Under the pieces are notes generated by a model. That model did no database searches. It saw nothing but the letters and a program-made list of their open reading frames with translations, and was not told the DNA's origin. Of a DNA stretch of 52,222 nt, positions 34,058-43,299 are shown in pieces. Every line of letters starts with the position of its first letter. Positions within the stretch are counted from its first letter, which is position 1. Origin of the DNA: Chthonomonadaceae bacterium (GTDB taxonomy: Bacteria; Armatimonadota; Chthonomonadetes; Chthonomonadales; Chthonomonadaceae). The stretch covers positions 1 through 52,222 of the forward strand of contig DASRGZ010000081.1 in the NCBI GenBank assembly GCA_035650735.1. Direction: 5' to 3'. The translations under genes and the position numbers were made by a program.

Positions 34058-35119
34058 ATGAGGAGAAAGCAGCTTTTCGCGCCTGCGCCGCTATCGCTGG
34101 CTCTGGTCTTAGGGGCGGGCCTGGCGGTTGTCGGGTCCATCGGGTTCCTGCGCCCGGCCAGGGCCGCCGGCCAGAATCCCGCCGAGACGGTTCTCTATCG
34201 TGGCGATAGCCCGCAAGTTTCCGGCATCCGTCTGGGTAGCTGGGGCAGCGGCACGGTCGAGCCGGATACGCGCATTGCCTATAGCGGCAAGGAGTCGCTG
34301 CGTATCGTCTCGCAGGGTCCCTATCAGGGCGTGCGGGTGGAGCTTTCCCAGCCCGCCGACCTCAGCCCTTACATTGACAATAAGTTTGCCTATCTGCAAT
34401 TCGCCGTGCGCATTCCCTCGCTCGGCACAGGCGGCACAAACTCCCGGTTTCCCGGTGGTTTTCCCGGCGGCTTCCCTGGCGGGTTCCCCGGTGGGCCCCG
34501 GGGCGGCTTCCCCGGCGCCGGTCCCGGTCCCGGCGGCCCACCGCCCGGCATCTTTATGGGCTATGGTGGTCGGGGCAGGGGCGCGGCCCGAAGCCAGAAC
34601 GTGCGGTCGCAGAAGCAGCAGACGGTGGAGAATCTGCGTGTCGTGCTCGTCACGGCGAACGGCAAGCCGCTGGAGTTTTTCCTGCCGGTGGATGCGGCCA
34701 GGCAGGATAACCAGTGGCTGCTGCTGAGCATCCCGGTCGCGGGCATTCCGGGCATCAAGCCGGATAATGCCCAGATCCAGGAGGTCCGCCTCTTCTCCGA
34801 CATACCGACGACGCTGTGGCTTGGCCGCATTGGGGTGGTTACCGATGCGACGCCGATTACGGTGGAGCGGATGGAGGAGAAATATATTCCCCGCAACACG
34901 CCGTACCGCTTTACCGCGAACGCAACCGGGGGCATCACGCCGCTGAAGTATAGCTGGGACTTCGACGCTTCCGACGGCATCCAGGATGAGGCGGAAGGTC
35001 GTTCCATAACGCATACCTTCTACAAGACCGGCGACTATACCGTCACGGTGACGGCGAGTGATCTCTACGGCCTGAAGCCGTCCGCTAAGACGACCTTCCA
35101 CGTTAAGGTGACGCCGTAA
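34058..35119 (+). CDS. Secreted protein with internal GGFP repeats and C-terminal PKD domain
   Basis: Signal peptide, (GGFP)n stretch, YSWDFD..DG...HTF.K.GDYTVTVT PKD signature. RBS AGGAGG. Confidence 0.82.
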   Translation: MRRKQLFAPAPLSLALVLGAGLAVVGSIGFLRPARAAGQNPAETVLYRGDSPQVSGIRLGSWGSGTVEPDTRIAYSGKESLRIVSQGPYQGVRVELSQPADLSPYIDNKFAYLQFAVRIPSLGTGGTNSRFPGGFPGGFPGGFPGGPRGGFPGAGPGPGGPPPGIFMGYGGRGRGAARSQNVRSQKQQTVENLRVVLVTANGKPLEFFLPVDAARQDNQWLLLSIPVAGIPGIKPDNAQIQEVRLFSDIPTTLWLGRIGVVTDATPITVERMEEKYIPRNTPYRFTANATGGITPLKYSWDFDASDGIQDEAEGRSITHTFYKTGDYTVTVTASDLYGLKPSAKTTFHVKVTP

Positions 35120-35253
35120 CCTTAACCTGACTCCCATCCCCTCAAAAGGATAGGTATGCACGTTCCTTCCTTCCCTTGACAGCCGCACACGTTGAGAGAG
35201 GCTGGGTGAGCTTACCTATCCCTTTGAGTCTCAGGCAAGGGATGGGGGGCAGG

Positions 35254-37047
35254 TCAATGCGGCTCTGTTTGCCCGGATTTGTAGGCTACTTTCAGGCCAG
35301 CAGAGTCGCCTCGATTGGGCAGCCTTTCCGCCACGAAATCGATCCTGGCCACTGCGGGCGCCTGTGGATTGCGCGGTGCCTCCACCTTCTGCTCCACGCG
35401 AAAGCTAATATCCGCAGGCGGGGCCGGCAGCTCCGACCATAGTTCCATGAACAGGATCTGGAGCAGGGCCTGCTGCTGCGCCGGGGACATCTGGGCGAGC
35501 GGCAAGCCCTGTGGCGAGAGCGCCTGGCGCTTCTGTTCCTCGTTTAGCTGCGCGTAGACCTGGAGATAGCTATAGGCTCCCCGCGCCAGACTGTCGCCGC
35601 GGAGCCGCTCATAGGCTTCGGGGTCTGTGTAGCTGAGTTTCAGGCCGCCCTTATCCAGGGCGGTGAGCGCGTTCAGTCCTTCAAGCTGCCGGCGCGTCAA
35701 CCGGCTCAGGGCGTCGAGGGCCTGCGTATCGAATTGTCCGCTGGTTTCCAACTGTCTTCTCAGCAGCGCCAGCACGGGCGGCGGGACTTCATATTGCCGC
35801 TCGATAAACCAGGTGCGGTTGCGGAAGAACAGCATGCCGTCCTCGTACCACCAGAGGTAGTGGTAGCGGCTGCAGAGCGCATCCAGCCCTTCTGCCAGAG
35901 AGAGCTTGCTCAGATCGGGCAGGTTCGCGCTGTCGCGTTGGCGCGGCACGAACCGGAAGGTAAACGCATCGGAGAACAGCGGCAGGGATAGATGCCTGGA
36001 TAGCTCCGCCACGACCTGTGTCCAGGTCGTGGTCTTGTTGGGGTCAAGCTTGAACTCTGGCGGAAAAGGAGTGCGCTCCAGGTCGGGGTAGGCGGGCGGT
36101 TGGGTTCCGCGCTGCCGCTTATAGGGGTAGCCGCGCACGGGCAGCAGGTCCGTCATGGGAAGCGCGCCCTGCGGCGAGACGCCCGCATAGTTCATCCCGC
36201 CCAAGCCATAGCCGAATCCGATCCAGGCGTCGGTGGCCGGGTCTATCTCTGCGTGCAGCACCAGCCCAAACTGCTTGAGCCATTCCACGCTGTCTTCGGC
36301 CCTCTCCCCTTTTCGGAACGGCGCAATCCCTTGCTCAGCGTTATTCTGCCTATCTTTGCCGATATTGAGCGCCAGGATCTGAGCTAGCTCCCGCTGGCGC
36401 GGCGTCATGGCGCTCCAGGGCAGGAAGTAGCGCTCGTCTGACAGCAGGGAATAAAGTTGTTCCGAAGAGAGCGTCAGCGCCAGTTCCAGTGCAGCCCGAG
36501 AATCGGCATGGCTCAGGTACCAAACGTTGCCGTCTCGCAATTGCGGGTCCTCCGGCTCTTGATGATTGGCCTCAAGCGATTGCTCCAGACGCTTGAACTC
36601 TTCCGGCGGCGTCTTCAGGTAGCCGGCCAGCTTGAAGAGGGGCGTGGCCCGCTGCTCCAGGGTCTCCCGCCAGAGCTGTGCCTCGTAGTCCTGCGCACGC
36701 TGCCCCTGTATCAGCGTGTATTTGCCGGGAGGTGGGGCAGACGCCTCTTCCATCCAGGCCGCGTTGAACAGCTTGCTTAGCCCGGACTGGAGCCGTCGTA
36801 AGGGAATTCCATGCGCAAAGACCGTGGCGCGATCCCATTTCAGCGCCCGTCCCGCCTCCAGTTGCGGCCTGCCCGGCGCGTTCAATCCACGCACCAGCTC
36901 TTCCAGGGTTTGCTCGCGTCTGGCAAGAGTAACCGCTGCCGCCAGCGGCTCGGCTTTGCGTGTGGATGGCTCTTGCGCCGCTGCCGACAGCGTCAGGCCG
37001 GTTCCGAGCAGTACAGAGAGCCATCCGAGAAAGGCTGTACGTCGCAT
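35254..37047 (-). CDS. Secreted hypothetical protein
   Basis: 597-aa ORF with signal peptide ending AAA-Q and RBS GGAGGT. Confidence 0.8.
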   Translation of the reverse strand: MRRTAFLGWLSVLLGTGLTLSAAAQEPSTRKAEPLAAAVTLARREQTLEELVRGLNAPGRPQLEAGRALKWDRATVFAHGIPLRRLQSGLSKLFNAAWMEEASAPPPGKYTLIQGQRAQDYEAQLWRETLEQRATPLFKLAGYLKTPPEEFKRLEQSLEANHQEPEDPQLRDGNVWYLSHADSRAALELALTLSSEQLYSLLSDERYFLPWSAMTPRQRELAQILALNIGKDRQNNAEQGIAPFRKGERAEDSVEWLKQFGLVLHAEIDPATDAWIGFGYGLGGMNYAGVSPQGALPMTDLLPVRGYPYKRQRGTQPPAYPDLERTPFPPEFKLDPNKTTTWTQVVAELSRHLSLPLFSDAFTFRFVPRQRDSANLPDLSKLSLAEGLDALCSRYHYLWWYEDGMLFFRNRTWFIERQYEVPPPVLALLRRQLETSGQFDTQALDALSRLTRRQLEGLNALTALDKGGLKLSYTDPEAYERLRGDSLARGAYSYLQVYAQLNEEQKRQALSPQGLPLAQMSPAQQQALLQILFMELWSELPAPPADISFRVEQKVEAPRNPQAPAVARIDFVAERLPNRGDSAGLKVAYKSGQTEPH

Positions 37048-37081
37048 GGCATACCTCCGTTCACCTAAGGTCGTCCTTTGT

Positions 37082-37290
37082 GCGGCAGGCTAAACCCTGC
37101 CGCTGTGAGGCTCTGCTAGGGTCGGAACTGCGCACGCTCGACTGCCAGGGACGCCGCTCAACGGTCCGCGGCTCTGCCTGGCGATCTCCGCCTGGCGAGG
37201 CCCGCTGCCTGCCTACGCAGGCAGAGAGCCTTGCCCGCCTGCGTGGGCGGAAAGATCCCCCTCCACGAAAGGGCAGACAAGAAGCCGGAG
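37082..37290 (+). repeat. Degenerate copy of the intergenic repeat family
   Basis: 26-bp exact match to 4340-4365, plus TGCC[T/C]GCCT.CG..GGC hairpin units. Confidence 0.65.
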
Positions 37291-37398
37291 GCACCATTAA
37301 GACGGCGGCGGCGTGCATAACGTTACAGCGCGGGACTGAACTGCTGCTGTGGGGCTGGAGAGGGCTGTTTGCGCCAAAGCGGAAGGGAATAGGGTTTC

Positions 37399-37983
37399 TC
37401 AGTCAAAGCGGCAGTTCAGGCGCAAGGCTCGCTGGAGGTGGCCATAATAGACGCGGTGAGGTATCTCGATGGTTCCGAAGCGTGCCAGGTGCGGCGTCAG
37501 ATATTGTACGTCCAGCAGGGCAAAGCCGCGCTCTTTCAGGCGCGCTACCAGGGCGGCCAGCGCCACCTTGGAGGCGTCCGTTTCGTAGTGGAACATACTC
37601 TCGGCCATGAACGCGCCTCCCAGCGCCACGCCATAGGTCCCGCCGACCAGCCGCCCGTTGCGCCAGGTTTCCACGCTGTGCGCCTTGCCCATCCGATGCA
37701 GCGCGCCGTAGACCTCGATAAACTCTTCGGATATCCAGGTATCTTCCGCGCGGTCGGCGCAGCCGCGCATCACGCCCTCAAAATCTGTGTTGAACCGCAC
37801 CTCAAACACGCCCCGGCGAATCGTCCTTGCCAGGGAGCGGGAGATATGGAACGACTCCAGAGGAAGGATCGCGCGTGGGTCGGGCTGAAACCAGTAGATG
37901 CGATCCGTCCTTGGGTCGTGCATGGGAAAGATGCCGCGCCGGTAGGCGAACTCGATTCCGATGGGGGTGAACATCAGATACAT
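37399..37983 (-). CDS. aat: Leucyl/phenylalanyl-tRNA--protein transferase
   Basis: AYRRGIFPM, PDPRAIL, TWIS, AHSVE.W, LVGG.YGV.LGGAF.AESMF, ASKVAL, LDVQ..T.HL. Confidence 0.95.
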   Translation of the reverse strand: MYLMFTPIGIEFAYRRGIFPMHDPRTDRIYWFQPDPRAILPLESFHISRSLARTIRRGVFEVRFNTDFEGVMRGCADRAEDTWISEEFIEVYGALHRMGKAHSVETWRNGRLVGGTYGVALGGAFMAESMFHYETDASKVALAALVARLKERGFALLDVQYLTPHLARFGTIEIPHRVYYGHLQRALRLNCRFD

Positions 37984-38238
37984 AGCATCTTCCAGGCTGT
38001 TGACAAGCTGGCACGCATCTTGCGACGAGGTATTCGGCGTCGGGAGCGTTCCCGTCCGGGGCCGGGAGGGTGCGAAATCGTCTTTCGGCGCTCTCCACCT
38101 GGCTAAATTGCGTATCGAGGCGCAGAACTCCTGCTCCTGAGAGAAAGTGGAGCGCCCCTGGAATTTCCCTGCGCGTTAGGGTAGACTAAAGCACGCTTTG
38201 AGCGGGCCTGCGGCAAAAAGGGAAGGAGACGCGAGCCG

Positions 38239-39576
38239 ATGAGTTTCAACACCATCGAAGAAGCTATTGAGGATCTGCGCCAGGGAAAGATGATCATCGT
38301 CGTAGACGACGAAGACCGGGAAAACGAAGGGGACTTCATCGTTGCGGCGGAGAAATGCAGCCCCGAGATCATGAACCTGATGATCAAGTACGGGAGCGGC
38401 TTTGTCTGCGCGCCGACCACCGCACAGCGGCTGGTCGAGCTACAGATCCCGATGATGGTCGAGCGCAACTCCTCCCGGCTTGGCACCGCCATGACCGTCA
38501 CGGTGGATGCGCGCAAGGGAACCACCACCGGCGTTTCCGCCCATGATCGCGCCGTGACCGTGCGCGCCCTGGCCGATCCCAACACCCGGCCCGCGGACCT
38601 GACACGGCCCGGCCATATCGTCCCGCTGCGCGCCGAGGAGGGCGGCGTTCTCAAGCGCGCCGGTCATACCGAAGCGACGATAGACCTCTGCCGGCTGGCC
38701 GGGCTCTATCCAGTCGGCGTGCTGGCGGAGGTGATGAACGACGATGGCACCATGGCCCGCGTGCCCCAGCTGCTTGAGATCGCCCGGCACCTTGGCGTCA
38801 AGATCATCACGATTGCCGACCTCATCAAATACCGGCGGCGGACAGAGCGGCTCATCACGCGCGTCGCCACAACGAAACTGCCCACCGGGCGCTATGGCGA
38901 GTTCACCGTCCATGCCTACGAGGCCAGCGTCGAGCCGCATCATGTGGTCGCGCTGGTCAAGGGCGATGTCACAGGAGGAGAACCGACCCTGGTGCGCGTA
39001 CATTCCTCCTGCGTCACCGGCGACCTGCTCGATTCGCTGCGCTGCGACTGCGGCAGCCAGCTGCACCTGGCCCTGCAAAAGATCACAGACGCGGGGCGGG
39101 GCGCGCTGATCTACCTGGAGCAGGAGGGACGCGGCATCGGCCTGATCAATAAGATCCGCGCCTATGAGCTACAGGAGAAAGGCGCCGATACCGTAGAGGC
39201 CAACGAGATGCTGGGCTTCAAGCCCGACCTGCGCGATTACGGCATCGGCGCGCAAGTGATGGTGGATCTGGGCCTGAAGAAGATCCGCTTCATGACGAAT
39301 AATCCCACCAAGGTCGCCGGGTTGGAAGGCTACGGCCTGGAGATTACGGAGTGGGTGCCGCTGCCCGTCCAGCCCAACCCGCATAACGTGAAATATCTTG
39401 AAACCAAGCGGGACAAGATGGGCCATGTCTTCACGGCAAACGACTTGACTCTGGAGGGCCAGAAGTGGATGGAGGCAGCAAGGGCCGAGCCTAACTCGGA
39501 CCAGACTCCGCCGGCACAGGCCGCACAGCCGCCGGACGGGCAGGAGAAGGAAGGGGACCGGGCCGATGCTGCATGA
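38239..39576 (+). CDS. ribBA: Bifunctional DHBP synthase / GTP cyclohydrolase II
   Basis: [41 protein letters not shown]...[18 protein letters not shown]. Confidence 0.98.
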   Translation: MSFNTIEEAIEDLRQGKMIIVVDDEDRENEGDFIVAAEKCSPEIMNLMIKYGSGFVCAPTTAQRLVELQIPMMVERNSSRLGTAMTVTVDARKGTTTGVSAHDRAVTVRALADPNTRPADLTRPGHIVPLRAEEGGVLKRAGHTEATIDLCRLAGLYPVGVLAEVMNDDGTMARVPQLLEIARHLGVKIITIADLIKYRRRTERLITRVATTKLPTGRYGEFTVHAYEASVEPHHVVALVKGDVTGGEPTLVRVHSSCVTGDLLDSLRCDCGSQLHLALQKITDAGRGALIYLEQEGRGIGLINKIRAYELQEKGADTVEANEMLGFKPDLRDYGIGAQVMVDLGLKKIRFMTNNPTKVAGLEGYGLEITEWVPLPVQPNPHNVKYLETKRDKMGHVFTANDLTLEGQKWMEAARAEPNSDQTPPAQAAQPPDGQEKEGDRADAA

Positions 39577-40072
39577 GGTGGTGGAAGGCAAATTGACGGC
39601 GGCGGATCTCTCGTTTGGCATCGTCGTCAGCCGATGGAACGACTTTATCACGAGGGCGCTCCTGGAAGGCGCACTGGACGCCCTGCGGCGGCACGGCGCC
39701 GACGAGAGCCGCATCACCGTCGCCTGGTGTCCGGGCAGCTTTGAGATTCCCATCACTGCCAAAGCGATGGCGCAATCGGGACGCTACAGCGCCATCATCG
39801 CGCTCGGCTGCGTGATACGCGGCGCCACGACCCATTACGACCATATCGCCTCCGCCGTCACCAGCGGCCTGAGCAGCCTGGCGCTGGAGGTCGGCGTGCC
39901 GGTCACGTTTGGCGTGCTGACCGTCGAGAGCATCGAGCAGGGCATCGAGCGCGCGGGAAGCAAGGCAGGCAACAAGGGGGCCGAGGCGGCGCTGGCGGCG
40001 GTGGAGATGGCTAATCTCCTCAAAGAGCTGGGGCATATCCCCGGCCCGCGGCAGGTCCATTTTAAGAAGTAG
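39566..40072 (+). CDS. ribH: 6,7-dimethyl-8-ribityllumazine synthase
   Basis: [44 protein letters not shown]. Confidence 0.97.
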   Translation: MLHEVVEGKLTAADLSFGIVVSRWNDFITRALLEGALDALRRHGADESRITVAWCPGSFEIPITAKAMAQSGRYSAIIALGCVIRGATTHYDHIASAVTSGLSSLALEVGVPVTFGVLTVESIEQGIERAGSKAGNKGAEAALAAVEMANLLKELGHIPGPRQVHFKK

Positions 40073-40230
40073 AGGCCACAGGTAGTGTCCCTCTACAGAG
40101 TTGATAAGGTCATCGGCGACGAAGTATCAACTCTCTATGGGTACACTACCAGGCCACAAGCCGATAGTGATACTACCGTTTATCCTGAGAGTGTATACGA
40201 TAGCTTCTGGCAGCCCACCCGTAAACGAGT

Positions 40231-40342
40231 GGGCTGCGGACGGCAAGCCCCATAAATGGGGCTACGAGAGGTCGGTTAGCCCCCTTCCGAGGCTACCAGA
40301 GGGAAGGGCAGCCCCCTTGCGGGGGCTTGCCGCCCACAGCCC
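40231..40342. repeat. Inverted pair of REP-like palindromes
   Basis: GGGCTGCGGACGGCAAGCCCC-ATAAAT-GGGGCT, and on the opposite strand GGGCTGTGGGCGGCAAGCCCCC-GCAA-GGGGGCT. Confidence 0.65.
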
Positions 40343-40421
40343 GGTCCTTTAGGGCCGGGCACAGCCGGGTTCCGTAGACACTCTCAGTATATGGGTTGGT
40401 CTGGCAAGGAGCAAGTGCAAG

Positions 40422-41582
40422 ATGGGAGTGCGGCGCATCCTGGGATTTGGGCTTGTTTTCGGTCTGGGAATTGCGGTCGGCATGCTCATGCTGCGGACTA
40501 CGGTCGTCCGACCGGCGACGCTGGCGGAGGCACAGCGCCACGCCCTACAGATACTCGATCAGCCGCCTGTCGGCTTTCGCGTCAGCGATAATAAGATCGT
40601 CAGCGCCGTGCAGCGCATCGAGCCGGCGGTCGTCAATATAGATACGGTGGGCCGCATCCATACCGACGACGACACCGGCGTGCCCTGGATGCTGGATCAG
40701 GAGGTGCGCGGCAAAGGCTCCGGCGTGATTCTGACCCCGGATGGCTATATCCTCACCAATAACCACGTCATTGACGGGGCCAGCCGTATTCGCGTCACCC
40801 TGCCCGATAACCGCTGGTTTTATGCGCGGCTGGTCGGGCGGGACCCGCAGACCGATCTGGCGGTCGTGCGCATCGAGGCCAGCAACCTGCACGCCGCTGA
40901 GTTGGGCGACTCTGACCAACTACAGGTAGGCGAGTGGTGCATCGCCGTCGGTAACCCGCTGGGCCTGGGCTCGACGGTCACGGTTGGCGTTATCTCGGCG
41001 CTCAACCGGCGCAACCTCCAGATAGACGAGAACCACACCCTGGATGGGGCCATCCAGACCGACGCAGCCATCAATCGGGGTAACTCCGGCGGCGCGCTCG
41101 CCAATATCAACGGCCAGCTGATCGGCATCAACACCGCCATTCTCAGCTCCGGCCCCAACGGCGGCAACATCGGCCTGGGGTTCGCCATTCCGGTCAATAC
41201 CGTGCGCCGCGTCGCCCGCGAGCTTATTCAGAACGGCAGGGCGCGCACGAATGTGGTCAAACATCCCTGGCTGGGCATTCAGTATGGGGCGGTGCCGGAG
41301 GAGGTCGCTCAATCGCTGGGCCTATCTCCGGATCGCGGCGTGCTCATTCGGCGCGTGCTGCCGGAAAGCCCGGCCAGCCTGGCTGGCCTGCATGATGAGG
41401 ATATTATCCTCTCCATTGACGGCAAGATCATCGGCGACGAGCGCGACGTCAAGGAGGCCGTCCTGCAACGCAAGATCGGCGACAAGGCGCTGGTCCATAT
41501 CCTTCGGCCTGCCGACCGGCATGAGCGGGATGTCCGCGTCACGCTCCAGGAAGGCCCAGAGCACATTCCGCCCGCCCCATAA
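40422..41582 (+). CDS. htrA: HtrA/DegP family (S1C) serine protease with one PDZ domain
   Basis: GSGVI, TNNHV, DLAV, IQTDAAINRGNSGG, C-terminal PDZ, N-terminal anchor. Confidence 0.95.
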   Translation: MGVRRILGFGLVFGLGIAVGMLMLRTTVVRPATLAEAQRHALQILDQPPVGFRVSDNKIVSAVQRIEPAVVNIDTVGRIHTDDDTGVPWMLDQEVRGKGSGVILTPDGYILTNNHVIDGASRIRVTLPDNRWFYARLVGRDPQTDLAVVRIEASNLHAAELGDSDQLQVGEWCIAVGNPLGLGSTVTVGVISALNRRNLQIDENHTLDGAIQTDAAINRGNSGGALANINGQLIGINTAILSSGPNGGNIGLGFAIPVNTVRRVARELIQNGRARTNVVKHPWLGIQYGAVPEEVAQSLGLSPDRGVLIRRVLPESPASLAGLHDEDIILSIDGKIIGDERDVKEAVLQRKIGDKALVHILRPADRHERDVRVTLQEGPEHIPPAP

Positions 41583-41810
41583 AGCAGGGTAGACACCCCT
41601 AACCGTGTGGATCTCTCCCAAAGGATATGGCTCCATCTTTGCTCCCACCCACTGAAAACGGGTGCTTCTCGTAGGCGGCGACGACACCGTAAACAGGCAT
41701 AAGCGAATTAAAGAACATTTTAACGCTGCTTTGGTGCTACAGCAGGAGAATCCAGGAAGAGCCTCGAAAAAGCCCACGCGTTCGGCTTTTTGAATAAAGG
41801 AGCACTATCC

Positions 41811-43043
41811 ATGAAATCCTTCGTTTCAGCCCTGCTGTTCGTGGGCGCGGCCCTGTGGCTTATGTCGCCGTCGCCTGTCTACAGCCAGGGCGGTCCCGGC
41901 AGCAGGGTGATCGTGCCCGACTCGAGCATCGAGCAGCCCTGGGATGTCGGCCACCGTGCCCACACCAATCACCTGATCTACAATCACGTGCGGTTCGGCA
42001 ATCCCCAGGGAGGTCTGGGGCCTGGCGGCGGGATGACCCCGGCCCAGATTCGGTCCTTTTACAATCTCCCTTCTACCGGCGGATCGAAGGCCATCGCCAT
42101 TGTGGACGCCTACCACTACCCGACGGCGCTGAACGACTTTAACGTGTTTTCGGGGCAGTTCACCCTGCCCAAGGAGACCTCTGCCAATCCGCTGGCTTCC
42201 ACGAACCAGGTCTTCCAGGTCGTCTATGCCAGTGGCAGACAGCCCCGCACCGATAGTAGCTGGGCGCTGGAAGCGGCGCTCGATATTGAATGGGCGCACG
42301 CGATGGCCCCGAGCGCCAAGATCGTGCTGGTGGAGGCAGCCTCTAATAGCTTTGCGGACCTGCTGGCCGCCGTGGACAAAGCCAGCCAGATTGTCCGGAG
42401 CGCGGGCGGCGGGGAAGTCTCCATGAGCTGGGGCGGCAGCGAGTTCTCCGGCGAGACCGGCTACGACTCGCACTTCCCAACGAAGACGGGAGTCGTCTAT
42501 TTCGCCGCGAGCGGCGATACGGGCGGCCAGACGATCTGGCCCGGCACGTCTCCCTACGTCGTCTCGGCGGGCGGCACCAGCATCACAACGGACAAGTCCG
42601 GAATGGTGGTGGTCAGCGAAACGGGCTGGAGCGGCAGCGGCGGCGGCCCCAGCCTGTATGAAAGCATACCCTCCTACCAAGGCGTGATTGCCAATATCGT
42701 GGGAAGTCAGCGCGGGGCTCCGGATTTCTCCTTTGATGCCGATCCCAACACGGGCGTGGCGGTTTATGATACGACTCGATACCAGGGCTACAAGGGCTGG
42801 TGGGTTGTGGGAGGCACCAGCGCCGCGTCGCCTGCGCTGGCCGGCATCGTTAATCTGGCAAGTACCTCCTCTGGTCATTTCTCTTCAGATTCCTACGACG
42901 AGCTGACTACCATCTACAGTAATCTTGGGAACAGCAACGATTTCCGAGACATCACGTCCGGCTCGGCGGGTAGTTATACCGCAGTGGGCGGTTGGGACTT
43001 CGTCACCGGCGTGGGCAGTAACCTGGGGCTGAATGGGAAGTAG
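41811..43043 (+). CDS. S53 (sedolisin/kumamolisin-like) peptidase, secreted
   Basis: EAALDIEWAHAMAP (E-x3-D), SMSWG, ASGD, GGTSAASP, WDFVTG.GS. ATG 41811 after AAAGGAG. Confidence 0.92.
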   Translation: MKSFVSALLFVGAALWLMSPSPVYSQGGPGSRVIVPDSSIEQPWDVGHRAHTNHLIYNHVRFGNPQGGLGPGGGMTPAQIRSFYNLPSTGGSKAIAIVDAYHYPTALNDFNVFSGQFTLPKETSANPLASTNQVFQVVYASGRQPRTDSSWALEAALDIEWAHAMAPSAKIVLVEAASNSFADLLAAVDKASQIVRSAGGGEVSMSWGGSEFSGETGYDSHFPTKTGVVYFAASGDTGGQTIWPGTSPYVVSAGGTSITTDKSGMVVVSETGWSGSGGGPSLYESIPSYQGVIANIVGSQRGAPDFSFDADPNTGVAVYDTTRYQGYKGWWVVGGTSAASPALAGIVNLASTSSGHFSSDSYDELTTIYSNLGNSNDFRDITSGSAGSYTAVGGWDFVTGVGSNLGLNGK

Positions 43044-43123
43044 CTTTCTCCGAAACCATCTTCTTTCCCTTCCTTCTCCTCTGGCTGGCCAGAGCTGAAT
43101 GGGAAGTAGCTTTCTCCGAAACC
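43028..43123 (+). repeat. 30-bp exact direct repeat duplicating the S53 gene 3' end
   Basis: GCTGAATGGGAAGTAGCTTTCTCCGAAACC at 43028-43057 and 43094-43123. Confidence 0.85.
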
Positions 43124-43299
43124 CCGATTGTGCCGCACGCAGCCGAACGCAAACAGCTTGGACAGGACAGAGGGGGTAAGCCGTTCGCTTGCCCCCTCTT
43201 GCAGTTTCAATAACTCTCCTCACCGACCGCTCCCTACGTTCCGGGCGCGGAACGCATAGAACAAGCGGTTAGCAGCAACGCGGACTCTGGAGGCAGGCG

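Noticed and set aside
37984..38238. Expected FMN riboswitch upstream of ribBA
   Set aside because: No RFN consensus blocks (e.g. AGGGCGGGGTG.AATTCCC.ACCGGCGGT) visible.
41764..41793. Hairpin AAAAAGCC/GGCTTTTT just before the S53 RBS as a riboswitch expression platform
   Set aside because: No recognisable aptamer upstream. Most simply an ordinary terminator-like hairpin.
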